In this document: in pieces, positions 1 to 13,200 of the stretch | Layout of the letters: the number at the start of each line of letters is the position of its first letter | Numbering within the stretch: position 1 is the stretch's first letter | Origin: Trichoplax sp. H2 | Taxonomy: Eukaryota | Reading direction: 5' to 3' | DNA: 64,000 nt | Assembly: GCA_003344405.1 (NCBI GenBank) | Contig: NOWV01000032.1 | Span: 496,001-560,000, forward strand | Notes under the pieces: generated by a model | Seen by the model: the letters and a program-made list of their open reading frames with translations, nothing else | The model's database searches: none | What the model was told of the DNA's origin: nothing | Program-made: the position numbers and the translations under genes

Positions 1-887
1 AACCTTCGGAGGTAGGGCAAGCCACTATTTTTACAGATAGATCAAGATCCCTGCAAAAGGACGCCCACTTAGAGGCACTTTTCATGCAATCTGACTAAAA
101 AGTAGCAAGAGTAAACGCTCACATTATATTATTGCTATACTATGAATTTGAAATCAAACATGGTAAGGTAGCATCATTAATTATTACAGCAATATGATAC
201 CACTTAAGTTATACCGTACACTTTTATTATCAACGAAAAGGATTAATGCTTGAAAAACTTTTGTAAGATTTGATTCTTGAAATATCGTAGGGTCTGACTG
301 AGTTGTCCATTGCACACCAACAGACGCTGAATAGTACTTCGTCTTTAACTGCCACAGATATTGCTCCGTAGGATGAGCATTACCAATAGCCTCGAAGCTC
401 CACCGGTGCTCAAAGAAATCTAATCGTTTATATATTTACAGTTAATATTAATAATAATATTCGTTGCATTTCAACGGCACTTACAGTGCAATATCTGATC
501 ACACTGTTACAGAGTACTGTGCAGTTTACGGAGGTGAGATGTGATTACTTTTAAATTAAATGAGTCACATCTATAGAGTCTTAACTCTATGGCCACATCA
601 CTTCATGTAGTGCATAAGTAAGGGTCTACTGTGCGGCTATAAATAAATTTTATTTCACTGTACTGTGCCAAGGGCCTCTAAGAAGTTCCTGGTTTTACTG
701 CAGATCAAAGTGATCAGCAAGATGCAAAAGAGCTAAGGTTGTCCTTGCAATACGGTAGTGTTTGTCATTTATTACTATCGTAAATTAATAATTACTGTAA
801 TATGAAACGTGTTTCACCTTTAAATATATTTTCTCGGGTATATGAGTCAGACAACGAAATCAGCAGAACGTTATTCACCGTATCCAT
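1..887 (-). CDS. AAGAB: Alpha/gamma-adaptin-binding protein p34, 5' part; the gene runs off the left edge
   Basis: Exons ~887-818 (MDTVNNVLLISLSDSYTRENIFK), ~419-220 (...YLWQLKTKYYSASVGV...FQALILFVDNKS) and ~94-4 (SDCMKSASKWASFCRDLDLSVKIVACPTSE) have GT-AG boundaries and compatible phases. They resemble human p34 'WTIDNKYYSADI...VQAFVVYFD...VSSWL...VMILVC'. Confidence 0.8.
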
Positions 888-1044
888 TAAGGAGGCAAAG
901 TTGAAAGTGCTTGTTCATCTACCAAAACAATACCACCGCTATGACTGCAATTTTTAACTGTGTGTTCATGATATGTAGAAATGATACGAATACACCAGGT
1001 CTTCCCTAGGGTCTCTGGCTCTCAGCTAAAGCTTTCACATGTGA

Positions 1045-1715
1045 ATGTACTGTACTGTACAGTACTGTACAGTTCAGGGACTTCTTCTTATTTTTTACCA
1101 AGGTAAAGTGCAGTAAAGTGTACAGTACACTCTTGTGTAAGGTCTTACAGCACTGCTGTAGTGTGCACTACTGTGCAGTGTACACTAGTGTCCACTGTCC
1201 GTGCACCAGTGAAATTATTATGGCTTCCGCCTAATTATAGATTTATATGCCATGATTAAATCGCTCTAGGTGAGTTTTAAGACAGCCAAACTAATTGCTT
1301 TTTTTTTTTTGGGGGGGGGAGGATTTGGCCATATTAAGGTCTTAAATGTTAAATTTATTATTTCTATTTTTTTTTAGGGTGCTTTTTCATTTTGTGACCG
1401 CCGATTTCCAGGATTGGCCGTTTCGATGCGATCTACAGTACGCGTGCACTGTAGTGACTGTACAGTACAGTACCATTGACAATCTGAACTACAGTACACA
1501 GTACTGTACTGTACAATACAGTACTGTACAGTACAACTGCTGCGGTTACAGTACTGTACTGTACAGTACAGTACAATGTGAGTCAAACATTTTTACGCAC
1601 GAGTTATACTGTACAGTACAGTACAGTACAGTACTGTACAGTACTACAGTACAATGTCTGTACACAGTACAGTGTACAGTATGTAGCATCGTTATATTGT
1701 ATTGTACGATACAGT
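1045..1715. repeat. (CAGTA/TACTG)n palindromic pentamer arrays in the AAGAB/RPS18 divergent promoter
   Basis: Dense runs such as GTACTGTACTGTACAGTACAGTAC at ~1047-1200 and ~1435-1715. Confidence 0.9.
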
Positions 1716-1742
1716 TATTAGCGTTGGGTAGGAGATGAACTG

Positions 1743-1760
1743 GTCCTTTGGCTCTGGCTC
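1743..1760 (+). promoter_or_regulatory. Candidate TCT / 5'-TOP pyrimidine-rich transcription start of RPS18
   Basis: GTCCTTTGGCTCTGGCTC lies ~45 nt upstream of the RPS18 ATG. Animal ribosomal-protein genes typically start in a C-initiated pyrimidine tract. Confidence 0.4.
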
Positions 1761-1788
1761 GTGCATCTCGGTTTGACTGGGAAGAAAA

Positions 1789-3466
1789 ATGGTGCGTAGT
1801 GGTGAACACATATTAACATAGCAATTAGTCAAATATCTTTGCCATCGTAAGAAAGAATTTCGATTAATCACCGTAAAAGATGTAATTAGGATGGTTTCTA
1901 CTTGAAATAGCTATTTTTTATATACTCCGTCAAGATACTTAATTCAGCGATAAAGTCAATGAGAGCATTTCTTCATGGATTTTGTGTTATGCTGGAGATT
2001 AATTTTTATTAAATTTAACTATTCTTTGCCCTTCTCGATCCAGCAAAGTATGCTTGGATCCAGGCTTACTAAATATTGAATTATACGTATTGCACGTCAA
2101 TGCATGTACTAAAGGTTTTTTAAATCCGTTTAATTAAAAGATGTGTTCATGAGGCGAAATGTGATGGCTTTTTGCTAGATTTTTTTTTATTATTGCTGTT
2201 TCATTTAACTAAGTAAACGATTATCCACCCCTTGATAAAATATTCGATACTGTATGAAGTAGAATATATTCTGTATGCTCACTTATAGTACAGCCTTCCA
2301 TTGCGAATGCGATATTAGGTCATGTTGTACAACTGTGGAACTAAAGCTCTGTATTGTTGAATAGGGTTCGCTAGTGCTTCCTGAGAAATTTCAACATATT
2401 TTACGTGTCATGGGCACGAACATCGATGGAAGGGTGAAAATAATGTTTGCCCTAACCGCAATTAAGGTTTGCACTTTATGACTTGTTGGAATATGAGGCT
2501 AAACTATTTCTGCTGTATTCATCAAGTTATTCATTCGTTGTAAACTATCTAAATATTGTTATTATACGTTGATTACCATAATTCAAAGTAACAACTTTGA
2601 TTGTGGTTAATACGGATAAAATTTGAAATGGGTCTAATATTAATTCATTTCGAATGCTATCGTAATTTTTACGGTAATCTTCGCTATACACTAGGGCTGC
2701 GGTCGTAGATTTGCCAATATTGTTTGTAAGAAGGCTGGTGTTGATATCGATAAGCGCGCTGGTGAACTAACTGAAGACGAAGTAAGATCTATAAAGATTA
2801 ACGTTTTACTTAATTTCGCAGTTAAGAAATAAAATCTGCACGTTAGTCATTATTTTGTTTCGGTCTGATGCTGGTACTGTTTATTAAGGCTATGGTAGCA
2901 TAAACGTGTAATTTTAGTAGGAACATGCAGATAATCTCACAACGTATTATTACTAGCACGGCTACCAACAAAAAATAAAGATAAATCTTAAAATCTGTCA
3001 CTCTTAGTTCTTGTAATCTAGATTCTTTTTAACTACAGATCGACAAAGTTATAACTATTATGCAAAATCCACGCCAATACAAGATTCCAGATTGGTTTTT
3101 GAATAGACAGAAAGATATAAAGGATGGTAAATTTTCTCAGGTAAGATATATAAATTCTGTAATTCTCCTATCCATAAAGTTTTTTTATCTAATGACATGA
3201 TAACGGTCAGGTCTTGTCGAACAATCTGGAAACTAAACTCCGTGAAGATCTGGAACGCCTGAAAAAAGTAAGAGCGCATCGTGGTATTCGCCATTATTGG
3301 GGGTAAGCTTCATGATGTGGAAAATAGTACGTAGAGTAATTCAAGATCTGTAAAATAGATTTTAATGATTGGATTTTACAATTTAATTAGCTTAAGGGTA
3401 CGCGGCCAACATACGAAGACTACAGGACGCAAAGGACGCACTGTCGGGGTAGCAAAGAAGAAGTAA
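1789..3466 (+). CDS. RPS18: 40S ribosomal protein S18 (uS13)
   Basis: Exons 1789-1791 (ATG only), 2365-2466, 2695-2781, 3039-3140, 3211-3302 and 3391-3466 splice to [42 protein letters not shown]...RAGELTEDE...[13 protein letters not shown]...[35 protein letters not shown]. Confidence 0.98.
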
Positions 3467-3945
3467 TGTAGAGGATGTCTGAGTCTGTAAATTTTAATCA
3501 ATAAAAACTGCTTATAGGCAACGCGAAGGTGTTATCTTAATAAATTTAGTCCTTGTTTGGATGTATATTATCTGAATGAATCACTGATACACGAGATCTC
3601 GGGTTGCCGTGAGAACTCTAGGATGGGTACATTGTATAATCATGGGTAGCCTTAACAGGACAGCAGTTTTATGAACTTTGAAAGATTACGCTAAACTCGA
3701 TATGACGCATATTAAGCTAAAATATCAGATTTAAATACTGTACTGTTGGGCTAAACTAGTAACTACTCCTTTATCCCGTACATGCTTTTTAGCAGCAATG
3801 GCTACTTGTTACACGAACAAAACTTTACTGCTACTATATATGGTCTTTAACTACAATACAGAGGAATTTGGCAAGAGTGCATATTTATCATTTGTAAAAT
3901 TTTATTTGATGCAAAAACATTTTCAACCGCTGAGTTTCGTCCGTC

Positions 3946-6747
3946 TTATTTCATAGCAGCTGCACCTTTCTTAAGAGGACGCTTCGTTTTTGATCTGTGT
4001 TTCCGTAGCTTGAATTTTACATCGAATTTTTCCCTCGCCTATCGTATTTGAGAGAACATAAATACGAGTATTATTTAAATTGGTGGGGTAAAGTGCTGGT
4101 AGTTGAACAATAAATTTTTATATATATACACTCTAAACTTCATTCAATGATAGAGGTACAAAATGATGTTACCGGTTTATCAACCGAGATTTCTTTTTTC
4201 GGCCTAAGAATAGATTTTGGATTAAGGGTTATTAGCTCCGGTTGAATCTGTAAAGGTGGTAAAAGTTGGCAACTTAAAGATTCTCATTAACTATATATTT
4301 ATTACTAGACATACAGTACATACTCTAAGGAGAAATTTTATACTGTAAACCAATTACAAAATAACTGTAAGTACAACCTTTTCAAGCAAGAGCTTTACTT
4401 CTGTTTCTTGTCTTTGCTTTCTGGTTTGAAAAGGGTTTGCGGCAAGGGCGTCAAAATTGGGCTCACCAGATCCTGCAGCACAATTACTATTTAAGTAAGT
4501 GTAGCTAAGATGCATTATACGAGTACGTATAATTATAGATAAGGAACACTGCTCAAGAGATCAAGTGTAAGCATTTACAAACCCGGGATAATAAAGCTAT
4601 TGATGCCTTGATTATGTCCTATACCCAATATATCTTCATAAGGACAAAATTTAAGACATTCAATTTCGGTTGACGGTATTGATTCCGACATGAACAGTGA
4701 TTCTTGTTGTCCGATAAAGGCGTCTTTCCTGATCTGGTGATGAAAGTATTTTGCTTATAATCCATGTTGAATAAAACCCATTAAAATTTTCAAGTGCATA
4801 TTAAATACTTGAATATTCGAACCAAAGCCAGTAGCAAGTAAGTCTCTATCGCTAATAGCCAAAGCAGAAATAGGTTTAGGATTATAAAACACATGTAAAG
4901 CTTTGTAGACACGAAGGTCCCAAATTTTTATTTGCCCATCCAAACCAGACGTAGCCATATATCTATGTATGAATTTCAGGTGTATTTAATGATAACGGTC
5001 ATTAGTAACTATATTGTACGAATCATAGCTCAAATGTCGTTAACGAGTTCTAGGGACTATTTATTCTACCTTCCGTTACTATTAACAGCTACGGCGCAAA
5101 TAGGGCTTTTGTGACATAATAATTTTGCGACTGGATCAGATATAGATGGCTTCCAGAGTGTTACTGTTCCTACGTGTAATCAATAGAATACTATTCATAG
5201 CTTGTATTACAGGTTAGCATGATCGATCTTGAAGGTGACAGTCAACGTACGTATACTAAGGTATTTCTTACATGATTTTAGCAAAAGTTCAGTGTTAGTT
5301 ACTTTAAATATAGTATAAATTTCATAGACCGGTTAAATGAAACTTGCAAATTTTAATAAAAACCATAAATTTAATACCGTTTTGGTGTCCTAAGTTGATT
5401 ATACCGCTATGAGGATTTTGGCACATACAGCTACAGCTCCCTAGTTTAGTACGATGTGAAGCAACCAGTTTCCCAGTGCTCGTATCTTGATAGGATAAAG
5501 TACCATTTCTGCTCTATAATAAGTTATAATCATCAAAGCGCGCGTTAGCGAACGAATTATAATAAACATACTGTATTGTATAATCCGGAATAATTTTTTA
5601 AAAATTTCTGACGTTTTAAACTTACAATTGATACTAGCAAGAAATGATATGGCAAAAATTCGAGTTTGTGTATGTAGAGAAGACTTTTTAAGCGATGAAT
5701 TTCGAGCCCATTATTATCGTAAATATGTACGTATTTCTTCTGTGCAACAGCGAACATCGTCTCGTTATGTAGCCATCTTTTGATAGCGAAATTGATTTCA
5801 AAAGATAAAGATAAGCAAGATAAAATTAATAGATAAAAAAAAATAAGCCTAGCTTTTTGATACCCCTAATCTTTTTCACTAATATTATTTACGCTGCATA
5901 CTTAATATCTCGTGTTTCTTCTTGCGTATGAAATTCGGTAACTATATTTTTCGTATACCAGTCTAATATCGCTTGATGACCTTTTCTACCTCCTAGTAAT
6001 AAAAATCTGACCATAGCAGATAGATTTATACATTATTAAAAGAGAAAGAACCGTATTATTGTTATAGGACCTCCAGTGGCACTTTTCATTTAATCTACAG
6101 TTAATCATCGTGGTGTCTATGGGGCGTTATAAGCGTGCATATGCAACCATACAACGTAACTGTAAATTTAATATCATAATAATTTCACACCTTACCTTCC
6201 ATTCCTATCGTATTCCAAACGATATGGGCCATGGCTTAATTGAAGAGAAAAACTCTAGAGTTAAAAGTAGGAAAGAATACAGTAAACTACGAAATTAGTA
6301 TTTACGGTCATGAAGTAGAAATACAAGTTATTGAGCTCAGCAGAATCTCTACCTTTGCTCGATTAGCCACATCAATTTCCCGAACGATTCTGGATTGCTT
6401 AAATTTGCAGCTCTCCCTAGGACCTTTAGCTTCTAAATAACTGGTAATAAAAATTATACGTACTTTCACGTATGTGTAAAGGATTACAGCAAGCGAATAA
6501 TTACCGTACAATAAAATTCCTTGTTCTAAGGATTCTACCATGCAATTTACTGCAACGTTTGTAACTATTTACGTACGCCCATTTAAGTCGACTACATTCT
6601 GTAACTTTGGAAGAGTACGTTATTCTATGGTTTACGAATACGTATTTAATTATACCCTGCTTCTTCCGATAGTAATAGATCGAGCTTTGTCTCGGACTTC
6701 CGTCCATTTTCACAATCGCTATTGATGGAATTTCTTGGCTGATACAT
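3946..6747 (-). CDS. WDR46: WD-repeat protein 46 / BING4 / UTP7 (SSU processome)
   Basis: Multi-exon gene. Peptides [93 protein letters not shown] and [32 protein letters not shown] match the BING4 family. Stop at 3948-3946. Confidence 0.95.
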
Positions 6748-6994
6748 ATGCTCTTAACTGGGTTTGTTAACCTGAAGTATGTGTATTCAAAAACAAAAAC
6801 AATTATGGGGCAAGTGATCATCTTAATCTTAAGTGTACTACTAATAACACTTCACTGTTGCGACTTACTATACGACTCGTATGTTAACTACATGGCAATG
6901 GTTGTAATATGTAAAGTAAAATTAAAATTTTTAATTTTAATTTACCGATTTTTATTTTAGGACTTGATAATTTTATCCTTAGAAGATGGCTTCA

Positions 6995-7258
6995 GGTACT
7001 GTATGTACAGTACAGTACTGTATATAGAATTTGATTCGATTTACTGTACAATAGAACACAGTACAGTACCAACTTTATGGTACAGTACTGTACATAATCA
7101 ACGATAGGATTGTACCGTACAGTACAGTACAGTACTGTACTGTATGGAGCACTGCTTTGTACTGTACTTACAGTACTGTACACTAATAAATAAATAAAAA
7201 ATACTATACAGTAATCGACCAATTTCCTCGCTCAACTTACTGTATGCTGTACAGTACT
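6995..7258. repeat. (CAGTA/TACTG)n array in the WDR46/SPCS2 divergent promoter
   Basis: Repeated GTACAGTACAGTACTGTAC units. Confidence 0.9.
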
Positions 7259-7327
7259 TCGCGTACTATCTTTAATTTTTCACAGTCAATAAAATCTTGC
7301 AGTTCTCTCAACTCTGTTGTATTCACC

Positions 7328-9022
7328 ATGGCTCCCGCACAGGTTCTATGCAATTTGCGATCTGCTGTTGTAAAGTGTTGTATTTAGTCAAACGATGCAA
7401 TTTCTGAATTATTCTTTGTCAACGCTGCTGAGAGCTAATCAGAGTCAAATTTCTTTCTTATAGTAGTCCCTGATCTAATTCTATTCTTTTGACTATATTG
7501 TATCTTCTATACATTTCTAGGAGGATTCATCGAAGATCGTAAAGACTAACAAGTGGAATCAATCCAGAGTTAAAACTTCTATTGACGATGCTATACGAAC
7601 GGTAAATGTGCAGAGTGACTTGTTTTTAACTCCTGATCTCGCTTGTGTGGTATCAGTTCACCTTCTGCATCGTAGTGTTCTTCATCCATTCCCGAATGTA
7701 ACTATACTACTGTACTCTATAATGTACTATTGGAGAATTTAATCAAAATAGTTAATACATTAATAGTCTTATCACGCTTTGCATACAATAATTATACAAT
7801 TATGCATGCATGGTATCAACTAGGCATAACTGAGTTACGACCGTCTCTCTTTCTAACTACCGCACACTTTGCTGACGTCGGGAGGACACTTTCAGCCAAG
7901 CACAGTATATGCGCGTATATGAAAATGAGTATAAGTTAACAAGATGATTGTGTCTGATGTAACTACAGTAAAAGGCAATAATTTATATCATTCACTATGA
8001 AGCTTGTACGGTAAACATTGCGTATAAATGTAACTATTGAACTAGTTAGTTATTTACTGCCTGTAACAAATATTCTGATAATACGAGCCGTATTTCATCA
8101 TTAGGTGTGTGATTCTTGGAATTATCTGTTCATACCTGACCACACTATTGCGTCATATTATTTCAGGTAGTTATAGACCGTATGGGATTACAAGAAAATT
8201 ACAAGTTTTTGGATATACGTTTATATATTTGCTTAATGGCATGTGTTATCGCTGGTATTGCTACTTCTTACGATTACTTGAATCCTTTCCCTAAATCGAA
8301 AATGGTTCTTATTGTATGCTGTTTACTGTATCTTGATTCTTGATGCCACGGCTGCTAAATCTAGCAGACTGTAATGCTACTGATGACAGTCATGATTCGA
8401 ATTTAAATCTGGTTAAGCATTTTATAATATGCAGTGATAAAGCTGTTGCGATAGAATAACCCATAGATATACGTGCTACACTTAAGATGATAATTAATTA
8501 CGATGAGTATTAGAACTTTTTCTTTAATTGCCATCTCGAAGCTATTTCGTCTGTGTATCTATCCTGACGTGGTTTATGACATATGTAGAAAAACAAGTTT
8601 TCCTTAATGCCATTGGTAAAGATGCTGCTGGCATTGTAAGCTAATCGAAACTTAGAATCTCTTACCTTATTCTGACGTCAGAAAGCTGATATAAACAATT
8701 TTATATTATTTGTATTCACAGGATCCTGACAGTTACTGGCAGTTCAGTTCCAGCATGGAAAAAAACGACAAAAATTATAAACTTACAATAATACTGTATA
8801 ATGGGAAAAACAATTGTAATATTGAAAGCTCGCTGATCAAGTAAATATAGCCTGTATAGACATCTTTCAAGTCTTGTTACTACACTAAGGCCAAAATTTT
8901 TACAAAATCTTAGATCTGTCGAAGATTGGATTGACGAAAATGACTTCGTCTTAATAGATGAAATTGAAAAGGTAATAAAGAGAAACATGGATAAGTCCAT
9001 GGCACCATCTAAGAAGGACTAA
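7328..9022 (+). CDS. SPCS2: Signal peptidase complex subunit 2 (SPC25)
   Basis: Exons 7328-7342, 7521-7601, 8168-8327, 8542-8635, 8722-8840 and 8914-9022 give MAPAQEDSSKIVKTNKWNQSRVKTSIDDAIRT...YDYLNPFPKSK...YVEKQVFL...DPDSYWQFSSSM...SKKD*. This matches SPCS2 'KWDGSAVKNSLDDSA...DYMHPFPESK...DPDDIWQLSSSL'. Confidence 0.93.
8328..8541 (+). other. Putative U12-type (minor spliceosome) GT-AG intron in SPCS2
   Basis: The 5' end is GTATCTTGA (U12 consensus RTATCCTT). A branch-site-like TTCTTTAAT lies ~12 nt before the AG and there is no polypyrimidine tract. The position matches the known vertebrate SPCS2 minor intron. Confidence 0.65.
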
Positions 9023-10267
9023 GCATTAGTGTTAATTAAACTGACTAGTATAAGTAATTTCGATGAAAGCTGTAGTCCGCAGCTTCCTATGGCTTGACTA
9101 TTTTGGAATTGAATGAGACTACATACGTGTAAGAATATATTGAATTATAATACTATATCAGCGCTTGAAAATTGTGCCAAGAATTTTATTGCTTTCGGGA
9201 GGTATAAATAAAGTTATGATTTGAATATTCAATACTTTCGGTTAAATATTTTGTGAAAGTTCTTATAGAAACTATCCAGAGTAAACGATGTATTGAAAAT
9301 TATTGTTTTATGAACTTTTAATTAGAGAGCTATAGAATGATTTACAACAATTCTCTAGTTACGATTGCATGGTAATTAATTGTTGAAATATTAGCTAGTA
9401 TGACATAATTGAGTATATTATAGTGTAAAAGGCAATTAGGTTAGAAGCCAAATATAACGGGAACTTTTAATTTGTAGGCTTTTGTTGCGAAGAAGCCGAC
9501 ATAGGGGATCTGTATAAGATTTTTGTAAAGTCTTCTTTAACTTTATCAAAAATTTTAAACTCTCTCCAGCGCGACATTGTACATTCCTGTAACCTTACTG
9601 TACTTTTAATTGCACTCTAAAATTATTTAGAAATCGCAATGAATTACTGATACTCTCATTACAGGGCTTCATTGTTTTAAGGTCTTATAAATCAATTCTA
9701 ACTGAAGGTGGAGATCATTAGATCAGTTGAGCACACGCAAGTAGTCCCAATTTCAATTTTTAAACGTTGCCTTAATCTAAGTACGATCATATAATAATGA
9801 TTATAGTTAATTACAAGTATGAATCATCGTTACATATGAAACTTACATAACACATTATAGCGTGCCTATAACAGCAGATTTATTTGTACTACTCGCTTTA
9901 TGAGGTAATCAGCGGGCTACCTTGTTAAGTAAGGTGTACTAAAAGAATTAATATACAAATATTTCATAGAGCAGTGCCCAATAGTATACAACTAGGCAAT
10001 GTATCCGACTTTACACGCGTTTTGACAGATTAACGATCACTACGTAACTGTTGAATAAAGGTAGCCTTATCTTCGTTGTTGCATTCTATTGTCGCTAACA
10101 AGCACGCAATGTATCCACATCTATCTTTTTGGGCAGTTTTTATATTATATAGTGCGTAAGTTAATTGAAGTTAAGATTAGCTTATTTATACAGTACATTG
10201 AAGGTAAAGATATACTAAGAAAAATAAAAATACAGAGCTGATTTTAAAATATACGCTGTAAGAAACC

Positions 10268-13200
10268 TTAGTAACTGCTAAAATGGTCTATCGATACATC
10301 TATTGATGACGATCGAATTGATGACGGTGGTACAGTAGGATCTTTAACAGAGTGTATTGCATACCGTTTATGCTGATTAGCAAAATTAACACCGTTATCG
10401 AATGAAACGATCACGGTGGTAGGATTTCTATGAGTAGTTAGGGTTTCAGATTTTCCTAATGTAAACTTTTGGCTTCTGGCTTTCGCTTTATTTTGGATAC
10501 TACATTCTTTATTGGGATTTTTGGTGGTGTCATTTAGTCGAATGTATATTTTCCTTCCGTTCTGCTTATGTAGCTGTGATTTCTTCCATTGTAAACTGTT
10601 CTCTGGAGGAACGAGACAGCCCTGTAGCGCCGATAAAGAAACACTATGTGGCATTTTTTTGCTGTGATCATTTCCGGTTAAACCTCTAAAATTTCAGTAG
10701 AAAAGTGAAGCCTTAGGTACATCTAGCTGATAATCCAGTCATTAATTATAAGCTCATTATGACCGTATACTAGGCTTTCCAAATACTGAAACAACTAATA
10801 TAATAGCAATAGCTGGGTAGCGAATACAGTAATATCCAAGGGTAAATATGTAAAACCAACGACGATGTGTGCTAACTTAGCTAAGAAATAAACTCACGAT
10901 TTCAGATAGTTCATTTGTGTACTATTTTTTTGTTCGATTTGTTGGGATTGATTAAATTTGTGATCGATTTTCGGTCCTATAATAGGCTAAAAACAGAAAT
11001 ACACATATTAAACACTATATGTAATAAATTTCAAATCCAAAGAAAACGCCAGCGAATAGTAATAGCTTTTGTTACAATTCATTGGGAGGCCAACGTTAAC
11101 AGACTATAAGAACTAGCAAATTACAGAAATATCTCACTTTATATACAACTGGCAAAATATCATGTACCATCTTACAAGTTACTATAGTTTCTAATTAATA
11201 CAGTAGAAGCTTCTACTAATGCTGTTATTCCATCTATTACCGTCTATCTTACCAAATGCAGCGTAGATAACAACTGATTACATCGTTTACATACTTTTAG
11301 TTGACAACACTAATATAATCATTATGATAGGTATGATATCTCTACTAATATAGGTTCTCCTATACTAACGTCAATAGTTATTTTGGTTAGTTAATCTCGC
11401 TAACGTTACACAATGACAATATACGTAGTATATAAGAAATTATATAGTGATAGTTTTAGTTCACTTATGGACATAAATTTAGTTGTCTCCTTACTTACCA
11501 GAAATTTCTGCGAAGGACGAAGATTTAGTGGTAGAATGTCATTTGTTAAGTCTTTTGGTATAACCTTATCATTACAACTAGCCAAGCAAGAGGATTGTAT
11601 GATATCAGAACTTAGATATTGTGCTCATGTCATTTCAAAACAAAAATCTTATAATAATTCGACATTTTAGAACAACATAAACTTACTTATTGAGGGACAA
11701 CTATAAGAAAATGAAGATGAGAAATATTAGTTTTTAGTATTAGAGGTTGTGTCGGATTATTCTATTAAATTTTTGTTATTGTTAACAGATAGAATCTGTT
11801 ACTTAAACTTTACAGACATGAAAATAGAAGCGAACAACACCTTTACTGCAGGTTGTTTAATCTTTGAAGGGCACCAAACAAAATACGGATAGTTTAAATC
11901 TTTATTAATGTCGTAAGAGTTGCTTTCAACATGATTGAGGTGAATCGCTGCTATTCTTTTCAGGGTTGACCTTTTGGATTGCTTACCTTCATGGCTATCT
12001 GTTATTTCCGCTCTATTTCTATGATACGGTATGCTGGCAGGGGAAACTGCTGGTGCTAGTTCATAACTACCTCTAAAATTGTCAAATGATCCTGTTAGTA
12101 TAGCAGAAACAACTGAGTAGTATTACATATTAAATTTCTTAAAATTAATTAATCCTCTCTAGAAAACTCTTGATATCTAAACTATCGTGAATAACGTTAT
12201 TAAAATCTATATATATGTAATTAATTTGTAGTTATGTACGATCAGAGGTATAACTAATTGGAGATATATTCGTATATACGCGTATATTTATGCATAATTA
12301 AAACGTAATGCTACCGCCATATATTAAGATATAGGACAGTAACCTAGCATGGTATAATGCAGACTAAAATATATATTTCGAGATTACGTGTATAAGGTGC
12401 ATATTCTTTATACTAACAGCAATGAGTTGGGTAGGATTCTAACGTTTAACTAGTTCAAGGAAGTAGTGCCTATACATAACATAATCCATAATGGCAGTAT
12501 TTGTAATTTAAGAACAGTAAAAAGTTTGATTCACAGATTTTATGCAGATCAGCTCTTAACATTACTAGTAGTATAAGACTTCCTATTTGATATTCTGATA
12601 TTATTGCACGCCATATATCTACTAATTTAACGGCCTCCTAATTCTAATGAAGCGATTTGTAATCCTCCATCCAGCATATAATATACCGACATCATGATAT
12701 CAGCAGGGTTGAAGATATGCAGATTAGGTCACATATTTGTAGAAATGTAAGAACCAATAGCTGTAACGGTTATAGGTGATAAGGTAACATAAAGGGAACA
12801 GTTACGTCTATAAAACTATTATTATTGAGGCCGCATGAGACGACATTTTATGAATATAGTATTGCAAAATATTACAAAATTATTCGTAAAATTCCTGAAC
12901 TTAGGTTTCAAAATCAGCAAACCTTATATATTTATATATATACATTTACACTTGGAAATTAGTTCTATAGCAAAGAGTGAAGTAATTTATAAAGTGTACA
13001 ATGTAACGTATGTATGGCTCTTGCAATAGATCTTATACACTGGTTGCATAATTTATTTTAGTCGCATTGCTAAAGTATAGACCTAATCTAATATAAGCTA
13101 CTAGAATGTATTGCGTATAAATATATTAGATACGAAATAATACGGGGAACGGACGCTATGTCAAGTACGCTATATTCGTGATAATCACGACATAGTAATG

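Noticed and set aside
1298..1322. T-run followed directly by a G-run
   Set aside because: Simple homopolymers with a single G tract, and no support for a function.
1435..1715. CRISPR-like or satellite interpretation of the pentamer arrays
   Set aside because: There is no constant repeat with unique spacers, the context is eukaryotic, and the arrays are short and degenerate.
1346..1809. ORFs rich in YSTVQYCTV (also at 6992, 21813, 25078, 34082, 34141 and 62630)
   Set aside because: They are translations of the CAGTA/TACTG arrays, which lack stop codons. They are not proteins.
9460..9775. Minus-strand peptide fragments IEIGTTCVCS (cystine-knot-like) and ECTMSRWREF...
   Set aside because: I could not link them into a coherent spliced ORF with the other required cysteines. 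They probably lie in UTR or intergenic DNA.
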